The notes: generated by a model from the letters alone, not told the origin. DNA of 64,000 bases from Azolla caroliniana (GCA_043228905.1 JBHGNT010000004.1:14756001-14820000), one strand, 5' to 3'. Counted from the stretch's first letter, positions 1 to 13,392 are shown. Translations and numbers: made by a program.

Positions 1-922
1 TCGGCTCCAGATCGTTGCATGAGTCGGGTGGGAACCACTTGGGTTTTGGACTAGGAGGAAAGAAAATTCTAAGGCAATTAAGAATGTGAAATATATTGTA
101 AGAAAGAAAGATATGAAAATTTCGTGAATCCCACGAGTATAGTGTATTAGTGAGTACTCAAATTAAGAGAGAAAAAATAGTTAGCAAATTCGTGGATCCC
201 ACGATTATATTAATCAACCCTTGTAAAATAATCAACAACCCCTATACATCTTTCTCTCTTCCTTATATAGTGTTGGAAGAGTCTAAGTTTATCACATGCC
301 AGCATAATGCTTTTCCTACTTTTAGTTTCATGCACACTGCATGTGCATGATTAGCTTCCTATCTCGTCTTTTCTTTTAACTCGAGTGTCTATGCATGAAT
401 AACTTTTTGTACCATGCATGTCTAGAAATTTTACATGGGATAAAGTTTACTATAACTTTAAAATTCATAATACGCTAGTACAATGATAAGGCTTAACATT
501 ATTAACATGGAGGTGCAAGGTTCGAATCTTGCCGTATGCATGTAATATATAATTTTATACTTTCTTCTATTTACAAATATGTCTCTTCATCTAGTGAGAG
601 ACTCTCACAGACCTTCTTCATCCGGCTCTTGCCGGTTTTGCTTTATCCGGTTCTCGCCGGTTTTCTTTATCCGGTTCTTACCAGATCCTCCTTACCGGTC
701 CTCTTCGTCCGTTTGTCACCGACTCTCACCGGCCTTCTTCATCCAGCTCTTGCCGGTTCTGCTTCATCCAGTTCTCGCCGGTTTTCTTTATTCGGTCCTT
801 ACTGGATCCTTCTTACCGGTCCTCACCGGTTCTTCCTTCCGGTTCTCACTGGGTACTACATATCCTATCCGGAGAAACCAAAAATGTAATTTTTCACGTA
901 GTGTGCGAATTACACTACAACA
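1..922 (-). repeat. 3' LTR of element A (left end cut by window)
   Basis: Near-identical to 6565-7487; ends ...ACAACA on + strand, adjacent to PPT (GGAGGGGGCGAG on minus). Confidence 0.93.
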
Positions 923-978
923 CTCGCCCCCTCCGAACCTGCAGATCCTCCGGTATGTGCCGAAGTCCCCGATGCTTG

Positions 979-3900
979 CTATTCACCTTCATCCGAAGCT
1001 TCCTCCAATTCTCCCCTTAAGTCGACTATGAGTTGTAATCCACTTTCCTCGCTTTCCGCATCACCGCGATCTTCGTCCGATTGCTCCTTCTTGTCGGTCT
1101 TGTCTAGGATCACATAGGGTTCTTCTTCAGTCCGCTTCTTGAAAATCTTGACCCGTTTCCCGGCTATAGGCACTCGTAGCGTCGTTCCATCTAACTTGCA
1201 TAGTTGGTAAGTTCCGTTATCAAAAACTTTCCGAACCTCATATGGACCGAACCACCTTTTCGCGAACTTCCGCATCATTGTATGTTGATGATCCAAACTA
1301 CTATCGTAGACAATCACCCAATCTCCTTCTTCAATCTTCCGCAGTCGTAGTCAGTGCTTTGTGTCGAACCGGCTTTTATTCCGGAATAGCGCTTCTTGTT
1401 GTCGGCGTATTGCTTCCGCTATGTCTTCCGGTCTTCCCTCCAGTTGTCGTATCCGGACCGCTAGTAGTTCTTTCCGGCTCATCTCTTCCTTGCATGGTAG
1501 CATTGTCCATGCCGCGATTGCGGTTTCCGTCGGCATTACCGATGCTTGTCCGGTCATAAGTTCTGCCGGCATGTAACCGGTTATGGAGCTATGCGTTGTC
1601 CGATCCGCCCATAATGCATACGGAAGCCTCTGCGGCCAATCCTTCACCCTTCCATCGCACACCTTCACAAGTGCTTTTACAGTCGGACTATGTCCTCGTT
1701 CGATCTTCCCGTTGGCTTCCGGATTGTATGCCGTTGTCAGTGTTAACCGAACTCCATGTTTAGTGAAGAATTCCTTAGCTTTATCAGATTCGAGTTCTCC
1801 CCGATCCGCAATCACTTGTCCTACGCACCTGTACCTGCAAAACACTTCTTCCAAAAGGAATTGGCATACCGTAGAACACGTTTTCCTCTGTAGCGCTCGA
1901 CCTTCTACATGGTTTGTGAGATCTTCCCGAGCTAACACGAAGTACTTCTTTTGTCCGATCCCGGTTGGCATGGCTACAATGTCGACCATCCATTTGAAGT
2001 TGATTGTCGGTGAGAATGTCGGATGTAACTCATCTCGGTGTCGAACTCCGGAGTAGATTTGACACTTCTCGCAGCTTTCCGTGAACTCTGCGACATCTTT
2101 GTACATATTCTTCCACCAATATCTTTGCTTGATCTTCCCAAATGTTTCCCATGTTCCCCGATGTCCAGCCCAATCAGATTTGTGAAATTTGGACATTACC
2201 TGGTTTTGTTGCTCTTTTGTCCCGACTACTCGAAGTGGTATGCCACCCGGTCTTTTTGGCTCCCTCCATAAAAATCCATTTTCCAAGATTAACTTTCGGA
2301 CTTGCCGTTTCTTACTTCGGATCTCGGCTCTCTTCTCTTTATTGTCCGATGATTCCTCGATTTCTCATAGCATTTTGCCGATCAACAAGCTTTCTCCCTC
2401 GTATTCTTCTTCCCGGAATTCTTGGATTACATCCACCCGGCATATGTGCTCCGAACCAAAGTAGTCTTCGGAAACTTCTTCATTATCAGATTCAGTTATG
2501 TCATCTCCGAACCGCGCCCTTGATAGCATATCCGCTACAGCGTTGTCTTTTCCGGAGATGTGTCTTACCTCCAGATTAAGTGACTTAACATATGCAATCC
2601 ATCTTAGCATAGCCACATCCGGTATCGTGCAACACCGCATCATCCCGAGTATCGGAAGACAATCCGTTTCGATCACTACTTCGGCTCCGATCAAATAATC
2701 TCACTCCGATTTGATTGCCGACACGACTCCCCATAATTCTCTTTTAACTTGTGCATATCCACATTGCCTTTCGTTGAGAACCTTTGCTCCAAATCGGATT
2801 GGATATCGCGAACCTTCCAGATCGGCTTGATTGATGACCCATCCGATTCCGGTTGGACTTGTGTCAACCGTTACTATGATCGGTTGGTCATAGTTCGGCT
2901 TCTTTAGTGCTTCTACCCTCCGTAGTGATTTCTTGAGCTTCTTCACAGCTTTGGTATGCTCTGGTTCCCATTCAAACTTCTTACCCTTCCGCAACAAGTG
3001 ATAGAGTGGGTCCGCTATATGTGCATAGTGATCCATGTGGTAGAATGCACATGCTCCAAGAAACCTTCGAACTTCGGATTGTGACTCGCATACTTCTTTC
3101 ATAGCTTGAATCGCATCGATCTTGGTTGGTGACGGTCTTCGGCCGTAGGGCCCACATAGATGTCCGACTACCAATATTTCTTCTTGTCCGAATGCCGATT
3201 TCTCTCCGGAAAGTGTTAGATGCACATCTTCTAACTTCCATAACACTTTCTCACAATCACGGATATGGTTGACTACAAACCTTCGGCATCCCCGTTCATC
3301 CATAGCTTCATCTTTTTCTTCCACTACACACCCTTTCATCGGAATGTCATGTAGGAACGACATCGTTATCTCCGGTATGCAATCCCAGAGCACCTTGTTC
3401 ATCGGATTCATCATATGTGCGACTGAGTTCGTCGCGCCTTGTGGTAGCATACACATTCGGACTAATCCTATCGGTGTCCGCATGGTATTGATGTCTCGGC
3501 TCTTCACAGCTAGTTGGAATTGGTCATATCCGGAGTATAGGTCTCCGATGGAGTATATCGCGCAACCGGCAAATGCTTCCACAAATTCGTCCACTATCGG
3601 ACCGACTCCGGAGTTCTGGATCGTGACCTTGTTTACCGGTTGCAAATCCTGAATAAATCGGAGTGACCCTTTCTTCTTCGGAACTGTAAACCATAGATTT
3701 GAGTACGGAGCATTTGATGGCTCTAGAATCCCCATCGCCACCTTCTCCTTGAGCAAGTCGATGATTTTCGGAATATGCACCCGTGGCACCGGAATAGGCT
3801 TCAGGTTCCACGGCACATGGTCAATCGTGAAGATCATGATCGGCTCCAATATCTTCGGGTCATCACATCCTATTTCTTTCGATCTAAATGCAAATGCTCT

Positions 3901-4515
3901 CCCATGTCGCTCTAGCATCCCACGGAATCGTTCTTCTTCATTCTTTAATAGGAACCCACCTCCACCGATCCGAAGTTTCTTCCGGGTCTCATCCGTGAAG
4001 GCATGTCCGATATCCATGGACTTCCGAAGTGTCGGATCCCCCGAGACTTCTTTCCTCTTTTGTTCGCTATCTGCGGGTAACGGTCCCGCGGCCGGTTTCA
4101 CTTTCTTCTCCACGGTCTTGTATTTGGTACTTACCATTGCTTCTTCTTTGTGGAGCGCATCCGGCCCCATTTTCACAATGATCTCGTACATCTCGACCAA
4201 CTCCACCGGAATTACCCGGTTTCCCTGGTTTGTATCTTTCGCGAGCTCTTCAAGCCGTTGTAGTGTGCTCCCATAGAACACCTCTTCGACTATTCCCACG
4301 ATTTCTTTGTCTTCTTTTATTATTGATGCCGACCGTAACTTATCCTCTACTTTTCAGTATTCTTTCTTCATTCCTCCGGTTACGGCTGTGTACGTGGATG
4401 CCCCATCCGGACCGATTCGTACTTGTTTTGCACCGAGAGGTTTCTGCTTGTGTGGGGTATCAGGGCTTCTTGGACTATCACTTCCCCACTTCGCAACAGT
4501 CCGCTCTAAAAATCC
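979..4515 (-). pseudogene. pol (RT, RNase H, integrase) of element A, with stops/frameshifts
   Basis: ORFs 2701-4299 (RT/RH: YSNLWFTVPKK, GDLYSGYDQF, DTSPTGIG), 2365-2694, 1351-2286 (HHCC, DRGE, NGKIER), 979-1317 (RWFGPY). Confidence 0.93.
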
Positions 4516-6488
4516 ATTCTTGTTTGGGACAAGAGATCTCTCTTGTTCCTTTCATGATTTGCCGGCACCGTTAGGAATTGGACGGATTTCCCTCCGTTTT
4601 GGCTCCGAATTCGCGCAAAAGCCGCACCACTATCGAGCACCTTCGTCTCCATCCGTGATGCCGTGATAAAAGGTTGCCCGAGGATCACGGAGTGTGAGAC
4701 CTCGTCTTGTACGAAGAAATTTTGGTCGATCTCGACATCCCCGATCTTCACTATCAGATCCGGACAAGCCGCAAATAGATCTTCCGTTGCTTTAGTGGCC
4801 GCCCGGATCTTCCACCCATGATTCGTGTTAATAGGCCACTTACCCTTCCGGTAAAATTCCTTGGACATTAAGTTGATCTCCGATTTGTGATCAATCAATG
4901 CTAGCACAGGTTCTTTGATGTTACCGATTCGGACCGGAGTCTTCGTAGTTGCGTGTGCCCAGTGTGGCTTTGTGTAGTGAGAATTCGGTATTTCGTCCTC
5001 CAATTCGGTGTCATTCATTAGAACGGTATTTGAATTCACCCTTGGAGCATTCTCCTCCATACTTTGCCTTTATCTCTTCATGAGATCCACAAGAAGATCA
5101 TGGAACTCCTTCTTCGCTATTTCGAGTAATTCTCAAAGCGAAAAATCTACCCGACTATCGAGGATTCTCTCCTCGAACACCTTTTTCAAGTCCGTTTGTT
5201 GTTCGATGTCCGAGGCGAGCTTGAATGCCGGAATCATCTTTTCTTTTCCCTTACCTTCGGAGTTCCAACTTTCCGGTGTCTTCGATGGACGGCCGCCTCA
5301 TCCGTGCGCCGTCGCTTCTCATCTACATACACTTCATGCAATTGGCATAAAGCAAACACACTATTCTTATCGACGGGACACTCCCATCCCGTAGCTTCCC
5401 GGATGCCTTCCGCGGTGCTTCGGATCTCGTTAGAGTCGGTTTTCTCGGTGTTTTCTAGCACTTCCGGCCAAAAAGACACCTTTGCTCCCGATGACTCCCC
5501 GACACGTATTCCCGCGGTTGTCGCGTAATTGATCTTCGCCGCTATTTCCTCCTCTAGGACCTTCATGCTGCCTTTTCGGAAGTTCGGTCAGAGCGGCTTC
5601 CAAGAGTCCATCGAATGAATCCGATTTCCCTCGTAGTAGATAAGATCTTGTCGTAGCGCTTCCTTGTGCTTGTCGCAATCCCTCCGATCATGTTCGGTGC
5701 TATCGCACCATATGCATCGGCGGTCCATATACTTGGAACTTGTGGGACGGTCATCTGACTTCTTCACCATCACGATTTTTAGATTCTCCATCTCCTTCAG
5801 CAACTGCTCCACTGTAGTTGCATCGATTCCCTTCTCAGTCGTAGCTTCCCGAGCCCGCGGTTGATGGTCTTCCGATCCGAATCTCGGTTTCAGAATCAGT
5901 TCCGAAACCCTCTTTTTTTCGTTGGCAAGCCATTGCCCCCTCTTTGTGTATCGCGCAACGATATCCCACACACTTTCCCATGTTTCGGTGAGGCCGCTCT
6001 CGGTTGTCGTGTCCTCTAGAAGCACTCCACCGGTCCCGGACGTCTACGGCTCGTAAGAGCATGATAAGTTGATCTCTCGCAGACAACCTCCCGAACCGAC
6101 TTTCGAATGCCGAAAACACATCGAGGACCTTCATCCCCTTGTCCGGCGTTTCTACCCAATCCTCGAATCCTCTCCGCATTGCCTTGGAGGAGTCCTCGAT
6201 AGCGAACGTGGTCTTTAGCGCCTCTTCAAACGCTTCCCACGTCGGATTTTGTTGTCGTAGCCCATGGATACTTGCTTGAAGCCCGTCGGTAGCCACCCGG
6301 TTGAAGGATGCCACTTGCAGTCCTTCCGAAATCCCGCACCGTAGCATTTCCGCCTTGTAGTCCCAAAGATAGCGTGATACGTCCTTTCCGTTGAACTGCC
6401 CGATCCGTTGCACGAGCTGCTCTACTACCGCCGCTATCTCCGACATCGCACGTTGTTCCTGAGGCATCCGCTCGAACATCATCATCAT
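4506..6488 (-). pseudogene. gag-protease ORF1 of element A, disrupted
   Basis: ORFs 5835-6488, 5588-6025 (CIWCDSTEHDRRDC zinc knuckle), 5234-5566, 4506-5060 (LIDHKSEIN protease), collinear with intact ORF 33606-35732. Confidence 0.92.
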
Positions 6489-6531
6489 GTTGTTAGCCTA
6501 CGGTTGATTTTCCATCTCCTTGCCACCCGTG

Positions 6532-6549
6532 TTCACGTCGGGTTCACCA
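6532..6549 (-). promoter_or_regulatory. Primer-binding site complementary to tRNA-Trp 3' end (element A)
   Basis: TGGTGAACCCGACGTGAA on minus strand next to the 5' LTR; plant tRNA-Trp ends ...TTCACGTCGGGTTCACCA (recalled, not searched). Confidence 0.88.
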
Positions 6550-6553
6550 CTTG

Positions 6554-7487
6554 TGTTGTGCCTTTCGGCTTCGGATCGTTGCGTGAGTCGGGTGGGAACC
6601 ACTTGGGTTTTGGACTAGGAGGAAAGAAGATTCTAAGGCAATTAAGAATGTGAAATATATTGTAAGAAAGAAAGATATGAAAAATTCGTGAATCCCACAA
6701 GTATAGTGTATTAGTAAGTACTCAAATTAAGAGAGAAAAAATAGTTAGCAAATTCGTGGGTCTCACGATTATATTAATCAACCCTTGTAAAATAATCAAC
6801 AACCCCTATACATCTTTCTCTCTTCCTTATATAGCGTTGGAAGAGTCTAAGTTTATCACATGCCATCATCATGCTTTTCCTATTTTTAGTTTCATGCACA
6901 CTGCATGTGCATGATTAGCTTCCTATCTCATCTTTTCTTTTAACTCAAGTGTCTATGCATGAATAACTTTTTGTACCATGCATGTCTAGAAATTTTACAT
7001 GGGATAAAGTTTACTATAACTTTAAAATTCATAATACGCTAGTACAATGATAAGGCTTAACATTATTAACATGGAGGTGCAAGGTTCGAATCTTGCCCTA
7101 TGCATGTAATATATAATTTTATACTTTCTTCTATTTACAAATATGTCTCTTCATCTGGTGAGAGACTCTCACCGGCCTTCTTCATCCGGCTCTTGCCGGT
7201 TTTGCTTTATCCGGTTCTCGCCGGTTTTCTTTATCCGGTTCTTACCGGATCCTCCTTACCGGTCCTCTTCGTCCGTTTCTCACCGACTCTCACCGGCCTT
7301 CTTCATCCGGCTCTTGCCGGTTCTGCTTCATCCGGTTCTTGCCGGTTCTGCTTCATCCGGTCCTTACTGGATCCTTCTTACCGATCCTCACCGGTTCTTC
7401 CTTCCGGTTCTCACTGGGTACTCCATATCCTATCCGGAGAAACCAAAATTGTAATTTTTCACGTAGTGTGCGAATTACACTACGACA
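6554..7487 (-). repeat. 5' LTR of element A
   Basis: TGTCG...CAACA termini on minus strand; duplicate of 1-922; right flank TCGT. Confidence 0.93.
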
Positions 7488-9348
7488 TCGTACCGATTCT
7501 TCCTAGAGGACGGAAGCATATGGAAGCACCCGAAGAAGCAAGAAGACGTACCACGAGAGTCCTTGGGCCGGACATCGCGGGACATGGGCCACGTTCGAGA
7601 AGCTGAAGGAGAAGTACTGGTGGCCAAGACTATACTGGGACGTGCATTATTTCGTGATGACTTGTGAAAGCTGCCAGATGCACTCCATAATCTGACATCG
7701 GGATGAGTTACAACCGACTTACCCGCCGACCGTCCACTTCAAGTGGATGGTGGATCTGGTGACGATGCCGATGGGAGTATGGAAAATGTGGTACCTGGTG
7801 CTAGCACGAGAGGACTTGATGAACCAAGTGGAGGGCCGGGCATTACAGAACAAGACGACCGCGGTCGTGTGCCGGTACGGGTGCGTAGGGAAGATCATAG
7901 ATGAAGAGCTATTTGATTGGTTGGGGGCTAAAATCTCACTTACCACGGTATACAATCTGGAGGCGAACGGGAAGGTGGAGCGCGGGCATGGGCCAATTGT
8001 AAAAGCGATAGTACGGGCATGTGGAGGCCAAGTCGGAAATTGGCCGCAGCTCCTGACTTATGCGTTGTGGGCGGACCGAACTACACACAGTTCGGTAATC
8101 GGGTTCATGCCGGTAGAGCTGATGTATGGGTAGAAGCCGATCATGCTAATGGAGCGAACGATCTCCTCGTGGGCCGCGGTGGGCCATGGTGGGCTGGAGA
8201 GACGAGATGAGCCGGGAGGAGCTGTTAACGGCATGAATCCAACAGCTCGAACGAAAACCGGAGGACGTCGAACAAGCAACGACAAAGCTGTGTACCGTGA
8301 GGGAAAGGAACAAGGGACGATTCGACCAGAGTCACCAGCTGCGACCGAAGAAAATTGAGGAAGGTGACTGGGTTCTGGTCTACAACAACAACCTCGACAA
8401 CCAACACAAGGCAATGAGGAAATTTGCGAGGAGGTGGTTCGAGCCTTACGCGGTGACAAGCGCCAACGACAACGGCACCTACCATCTCGCAGAGCTCGAT
8501 GGAACAAGGATAGCCGTGTCGGTGACTGGGAAGAGGATCAAGTCGTTCAAGAAGCGGCATTAGGACGAACAAGACCTAGAGAGCGTGGATGATAGTGACT
8601 ACCGGATCGGGGAGGAGGACGATTCGGAGAACGAAAGATGAGAATGGGCCAGTTTTCTTCGGCTAAGGTCTAGTTGGCACATACCGGTGGATGCACGGTT
8701 TGGTGGGGGTGGATGTCAAGAAGAAAACAGTCCTAAGGCGGAATCCGGGAATAGTGTGCGTAAACCGGCCCTTACACGCGGGCACAAAGTTTGATGTATT
8801 GTACATAGTTCGGTATAGACCGGCCGACGCGAATATCCTAGGTAGCGCGTATTCATTAGGTAGGAAATCGAGGAGTATCTCTGTCGGAAAGGACAGAGAA
8901 TAATGGTGGTGTGACCGGTTCTAATGTCTTTCCCTCCTTGGGCTATAAAAGAGTGGGAAAGGGGCAGAGTCAAGGAGGCGTTCTATCGAGGACAAAGTGC
9001 TGTCGGACCGGGACTGAGCTCTTTTCCTCTGTCCTTCTCTATTGGTGCTCTCGGTAGGGTTTCGAGAGGCTGCCTCAACGTGGAAAGCCCAAGTGCTTCC
9101 GACAGAGTCTCCATCTCGTGTTTCTGTTAGAGCGTTGTCGCTCACCGGCTTGTTGGTTGTAACCCTTATATATATATATATTCGTCTTGTCTTCCGTTGT
9201 CGAATAAGTTGCGAGCTTTGTTTATTTGAGTGTGTGCATGGCTCGGCCATTGTTCCTACGTTGCTCCTCCCTCTGTTCGGTTATTCCTCGGTTCAAGGCC
9301 CCCGTGAACCCGCCTTAGTCTCTCCCGCGCAAGCGGAACAACACGACA
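7488..9348 (+). mobile_element. 3' half of gypsy element D (decayed integrase, PPT, 3' LTR)
   Basis: Integrase fragments 7747-8133 and 8297-8563 homologous to element E; PPT GGTGGGGGTGGA before 8714; LTR matches 41932-42583 in reverse. Confidence 0.9.
8714..9348 (+). repeat. 3' LTR of element D
   Basis: TGTCA...CGACA termini; reverse-complement homolog of 41932-42583. Confidence 0.9.
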
Positions 9349-10259
9349 ACATAGTACCCCGTACTACCCACATGCAAACGGACTAGCCGAATCCACAAAT
9401 AAGAAACTACAGAATATACTTCGGAAAATCATCAACGAAAACCGAACGGATTGGGACACAAAGTTGCGAGGAGCGTTATGGGCGTACCGGATAACCTACA
9501 AGACAAGCATATGCACAACCCCGTTCCAGTTAGCATTCAGATTGGAAGCAGTCATGCCAATAGAGTTTCAGATTCGGAGTTTACGAATCCAAGTAAAAGA
9601 GCGTCTGAGTGAAAAGGAGTCGGAGAAGATCCAGTTGGCAACGTTGTGCGAACTAGAGGAGCATCGAATAACTAGCTTAATACAGCTAGAGCTAGAGCAA
9701 CGATGACGGAAAGCCTTTGTGGACAGGCATTGACGCGGTAACGAGAAGGAATTCGGCATCAGAAAATAGTGTTAGTTTTCCAGACCCGGATGGGCAACAT
9801 GTCGGGGAAGTTACGGTTTTGGTGGACGGCCCATTCTGGGTAACAAGGGAGTTTAATGGGTCCTACCAGCTAGGCACATTCGCTAGAGAACTTCTAGGAA
9901 AATGGGTTAACGGATTCCGACTGAAACCGTACAAAGGACAAATGCCGGAAAATCCATTTAAAGATGAAGAGAACCCACAAAATACCGGAAACTGGAGGCA
10001 ACCGATTCGGTGGAACCGGGCACCACCGGGATGTAAGGTCATCTAAAAAAAACGATGACGGTCATCATGCAAAAAGGTGGAGGAAGCAAAAGGTGGGACA
10101 ACTATTATTAGGGCAAAAGATATTATTGCGAACAGATGCCAGCAAACAAGCGGGACTCAACTATTTAAAGCAATGACTAGGGTACACATACTAATTATGG
10201 TCCGGAGCATGCATGCGCGGGAACCGAGAACTGGCGGTTGAAGAAGATGGGGTTACAAA

Positions 10260-13200
10260 ATCAAAGGCCAACCGAGGGAATGGCCCTTAGAGAACTTCGA
10301 TTGTGGCAAGCGTTGAAAAGCACATGAACCCTCAAACACACAGAGCACAACCTCCTCGCAGAGAAGCACACCGACAACGACGAAGAAGACTCAGGTCCCA
10401 TGGTGCTTTCCAATGCAGCACGCAAATGGTTCACCAAGAACGGACTTGAGGGATTCCTTTGCATCGCAGATGCACCACCGCATGAGGAACGGAACAGGTT
10501 GCACCAACGATTGACCTTGAAGAAATAACGAAGGGCACAATTTAGGCCCTCACAGGATTACAAGTAGGGGGACTTCGAGCGGTGGAGAGCCCATCCCTAG
10601 AGACATTAAACGAGTATTTCAGCGAGTATTCCCTTAACAGCAAGGCATACTGAACGCAAGGGGGAGAAGACCCTCTATTCCAAGAGGTGGCCCGAGTGCT
10701 GCTAGAATATGGGTTCGTGTACTCACGACCGCTGGCCAAACCAAAATACAGAACCAGATTCATTATAGTAGCATACGAGGGACTGAAGGTAGATTGGGTG
10801 AAGATCATCACCGAATGCTTGAAATCCGTCATAGAATCGGTGGCGGAAGGGAAGAAATCTTGGGCAGGGGTAGCATAGTGGCTAACCTTATTAGTATCCC
10901 CCATCATCACCACCAAACCTGAAAAAACGGGCCCACCGGAAACAACGCCCAACAAAGCAACCGAGAGGCGAAAACTCCTGGAAAAGCACACCCCAGGATG
11001 GACCTCAGAGGACGCATCTCAATAGGAGGAAGGCCAAACCAGTCGGAGACCAGAACCGGCAGAGAAAGACACGGAGAGACCAGCGAAGCCAACTAACCGG
11101 ACACAAGAAGGGGAGGATACAACTCTAGTTTGAACGAAGCTGATCAAAATCACACTACGCCGGCAAGACCAAGAACCAAAGAACTTTATATACAAAATCT
11201 GCTTGGAGACCATAGAAGAGGAGGCTGAGGAAGAACCGACCGAAACCTTGGAATGACACACAACGAAGTGGGGTTGGGAGTAGCGGGCAAAAGAACCAGC
11301 TCCAACTGTGGTGGTGGAAACCCACGACAGAGGAATCGGGGAGCGGACAGAGCAAGGCACTAGCCGGCCAACCAACACAAGGCAGGGAGCAAGTCCTTTC
11401 ACCGGGTTTGAGTCCCAAGAAGCCAGAACAATAGCCGGAACCGCCACTGCACGAGGGCGCACAAAGCACCCCAACGGATGGGGAACAACATGGGCTGGAA
11501 TAGGGCACATGCCAACAATGGCTAAGATGTCTTGGAGAGAAAGTCTTCGGCGTGGCAGACCAACTGGACGAGGAACAAAGGTAGAATAGACACCTCATGC
11601 GCACAACTACCGAAGAACTGGAGAAGGTCAGAGCCCAGATGCAGGGCATAGAAGAAGAGTTAACAAAGGCCAAGGAATATGCGGCCAACATGGCGAACAT
11701 GGGCCAACAAACGAGTATCGACATAGAACCAAGGAAGCAGAAGGCAACCCCGAAACCAGAATTGGAATTGGCGGTGGATACAGACTCGAAAACCGGCACT
11801 AGCACTGAGTCCACCCAAGAACTAAGGACCTTAAGAGAAGAATTGGCGGCTCAGGAGGCACTAAGAGGAAAAGAAAGGGAACAGAAGAAATTGGTTGAGG
11901 AAGAACGACGGAGAGTCGAGGAGAACCTCTGAAAGAGCCACGCCAACAATGATCGACTAAAGGAAGAAAGGGAAAAGCTGTTACAGGAGAAGGATAGGCT
12001 CCATCGACATGTTGAAACAGAAATAGAACGATTGAAAGAGGAGTTTCGATAGCAGAAAGATAGGGATGATCGACTCTGTTCCCAAATAAATCGACGACTC
12101 AAGCGAAAAACCGAGATTTTGATAAACTGTACCGGGAGCATAAGCAAATGGAGGTAGATTACAAGAGGCGGGGAGCAGAATTTGATTGGCAATAACATAG
12201 ATTGAAGGAGCTACTGAAGGAGGCACGGACGGACTTGGCACAAAAAATGGACGAACTTGAGAAGAAAACGAAAGCTTTGACAGAGGAAAAGACAAAGGCG
12301 GTAGAAATGGCAAGGCTATTGGAAGAAGCGGCAAAGGAAAACCTGGAGCTCAATAAGCAGCGGTTTGAGGAGGCGGAATGGGCAAAGCTAGTGTTAAACA
12401 ACCTCCAAACGACGTATCAGCACCAGGTGATCGGGTATGAAAGCCAAGCCGCCGCCACTGTTGAATCATAGCAAGGCTTAAAAGTGAGAAACAGGAGGCC
12501 AAAGAACATGCCAAGCTCGGTGTGGATAGAATCCGGCACATAATGTTGGCATGGAGGGACCAGACCTAGACAAGCATCAAGGAGTGTTCGGAGAAAGTGT
12601 GGAAGGAGTGATCACAACAAGCGATGGAACTACAGACATTCCGGGCAGATGCTAAGAACCGAAGGAAGGCCGATGACAAATTCTACAAGATGGATAAAGA
12701 GAGTATCGTCATTATAAGGGAAGAATTGTTGGGCGACTTCTTTTCCTTAGTCGAGGAGCAATTGGGAGCAGTCCGGGGTCTTGTGGAAAGGTTGGATGAT
12801 GACCAGCGTGACACTCAACTGAAATTGGAAAAGTACGAGCGGAGCATCAGCAACAGGAAGCCGTGGAACGAACAACGCCCGTCACCATAAGTGATGAGGA
12901 GAAGCCGAAAGAAGGGGCCACAAAGAACACGGGTGGGCCACCACTAACGACAACTAGTGAAGAGCCGAGGGCCGAACCAGAAGCAGAGACAATCGCCGAA
13001 ACGGAGGAGCAACCTCTAAAGGAAGCCGGGGAAACAATAGAAGCAACTATAGCAGCAGAACAACCGGTTGATACCGGTGATAGAAGAGATCTCGATGCTG
13101 AAGCAGAGCAACCAGTTGAGATACCGGTGATAGAAGAGATCCCGATGCCGAAGCAAAGCAACAAGCACCGGAGGAGAGCGGAGTTGGAGAACCGGTACAA

Positions 13201-13264
13201 CAGGAGCCAACGAGGGTTGAAGAACCGGAGCAACCGCTCCAACCAGATTCAGACAACGTGGTAG
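10260..13264 (+). pseudogene. Decayed extra ORF 3' of integrase in element F (globular N-part, long E/K/Q coiled-coil, acidic tail); boundaries approximate
   Basis: Series of + strand ORF fragments (10687, 11597, 12202, 12624, 12863) split by TAG/TGA stops and frameshifts, purine-rich coding bias. Confidence 0.65.
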
Positions 13265-13392
13265 GGGCAGAGCAGCAGCAGAACACAATACTACTCGACG
13301 CTTTGGAGCAAAGTTTGTTGGTTATTTTGGACGAAGAGTGAGGCAGTTGTGTGGGCTCGAACTGCAACGCAGTTTCCCACGAGCGTGCCATG

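Larger units (their letters stand above)
1..7487 (-). mobile_element. Ty3/gypsy LTR retrotransposon A (tRNA-Trp PBS lineage), degenerate, inserted into element D
   Basis: Paired LTRs (1-922, 6554-7487), PBS 6532-6549, PPT ~923-934, broken gag-PR-RT-RH-INT ORFs on the minus strand; left end lies about 11 bp outside the window. Confidence 0.95.

Noticed and set aside
469-537. Functional tRNA gene
   Set aside because: Anticodon and D arms do not fold convincingly; kept only as a tRNA-like module
536-1031. ORFs in LTRs of A (and 22119-22469, 28978-29346 in C; 32856-33551 in E)
   Set aside because: Arise from low-complexity or GC-rich LTR sequence; duplicated only because LTRs are duplicated
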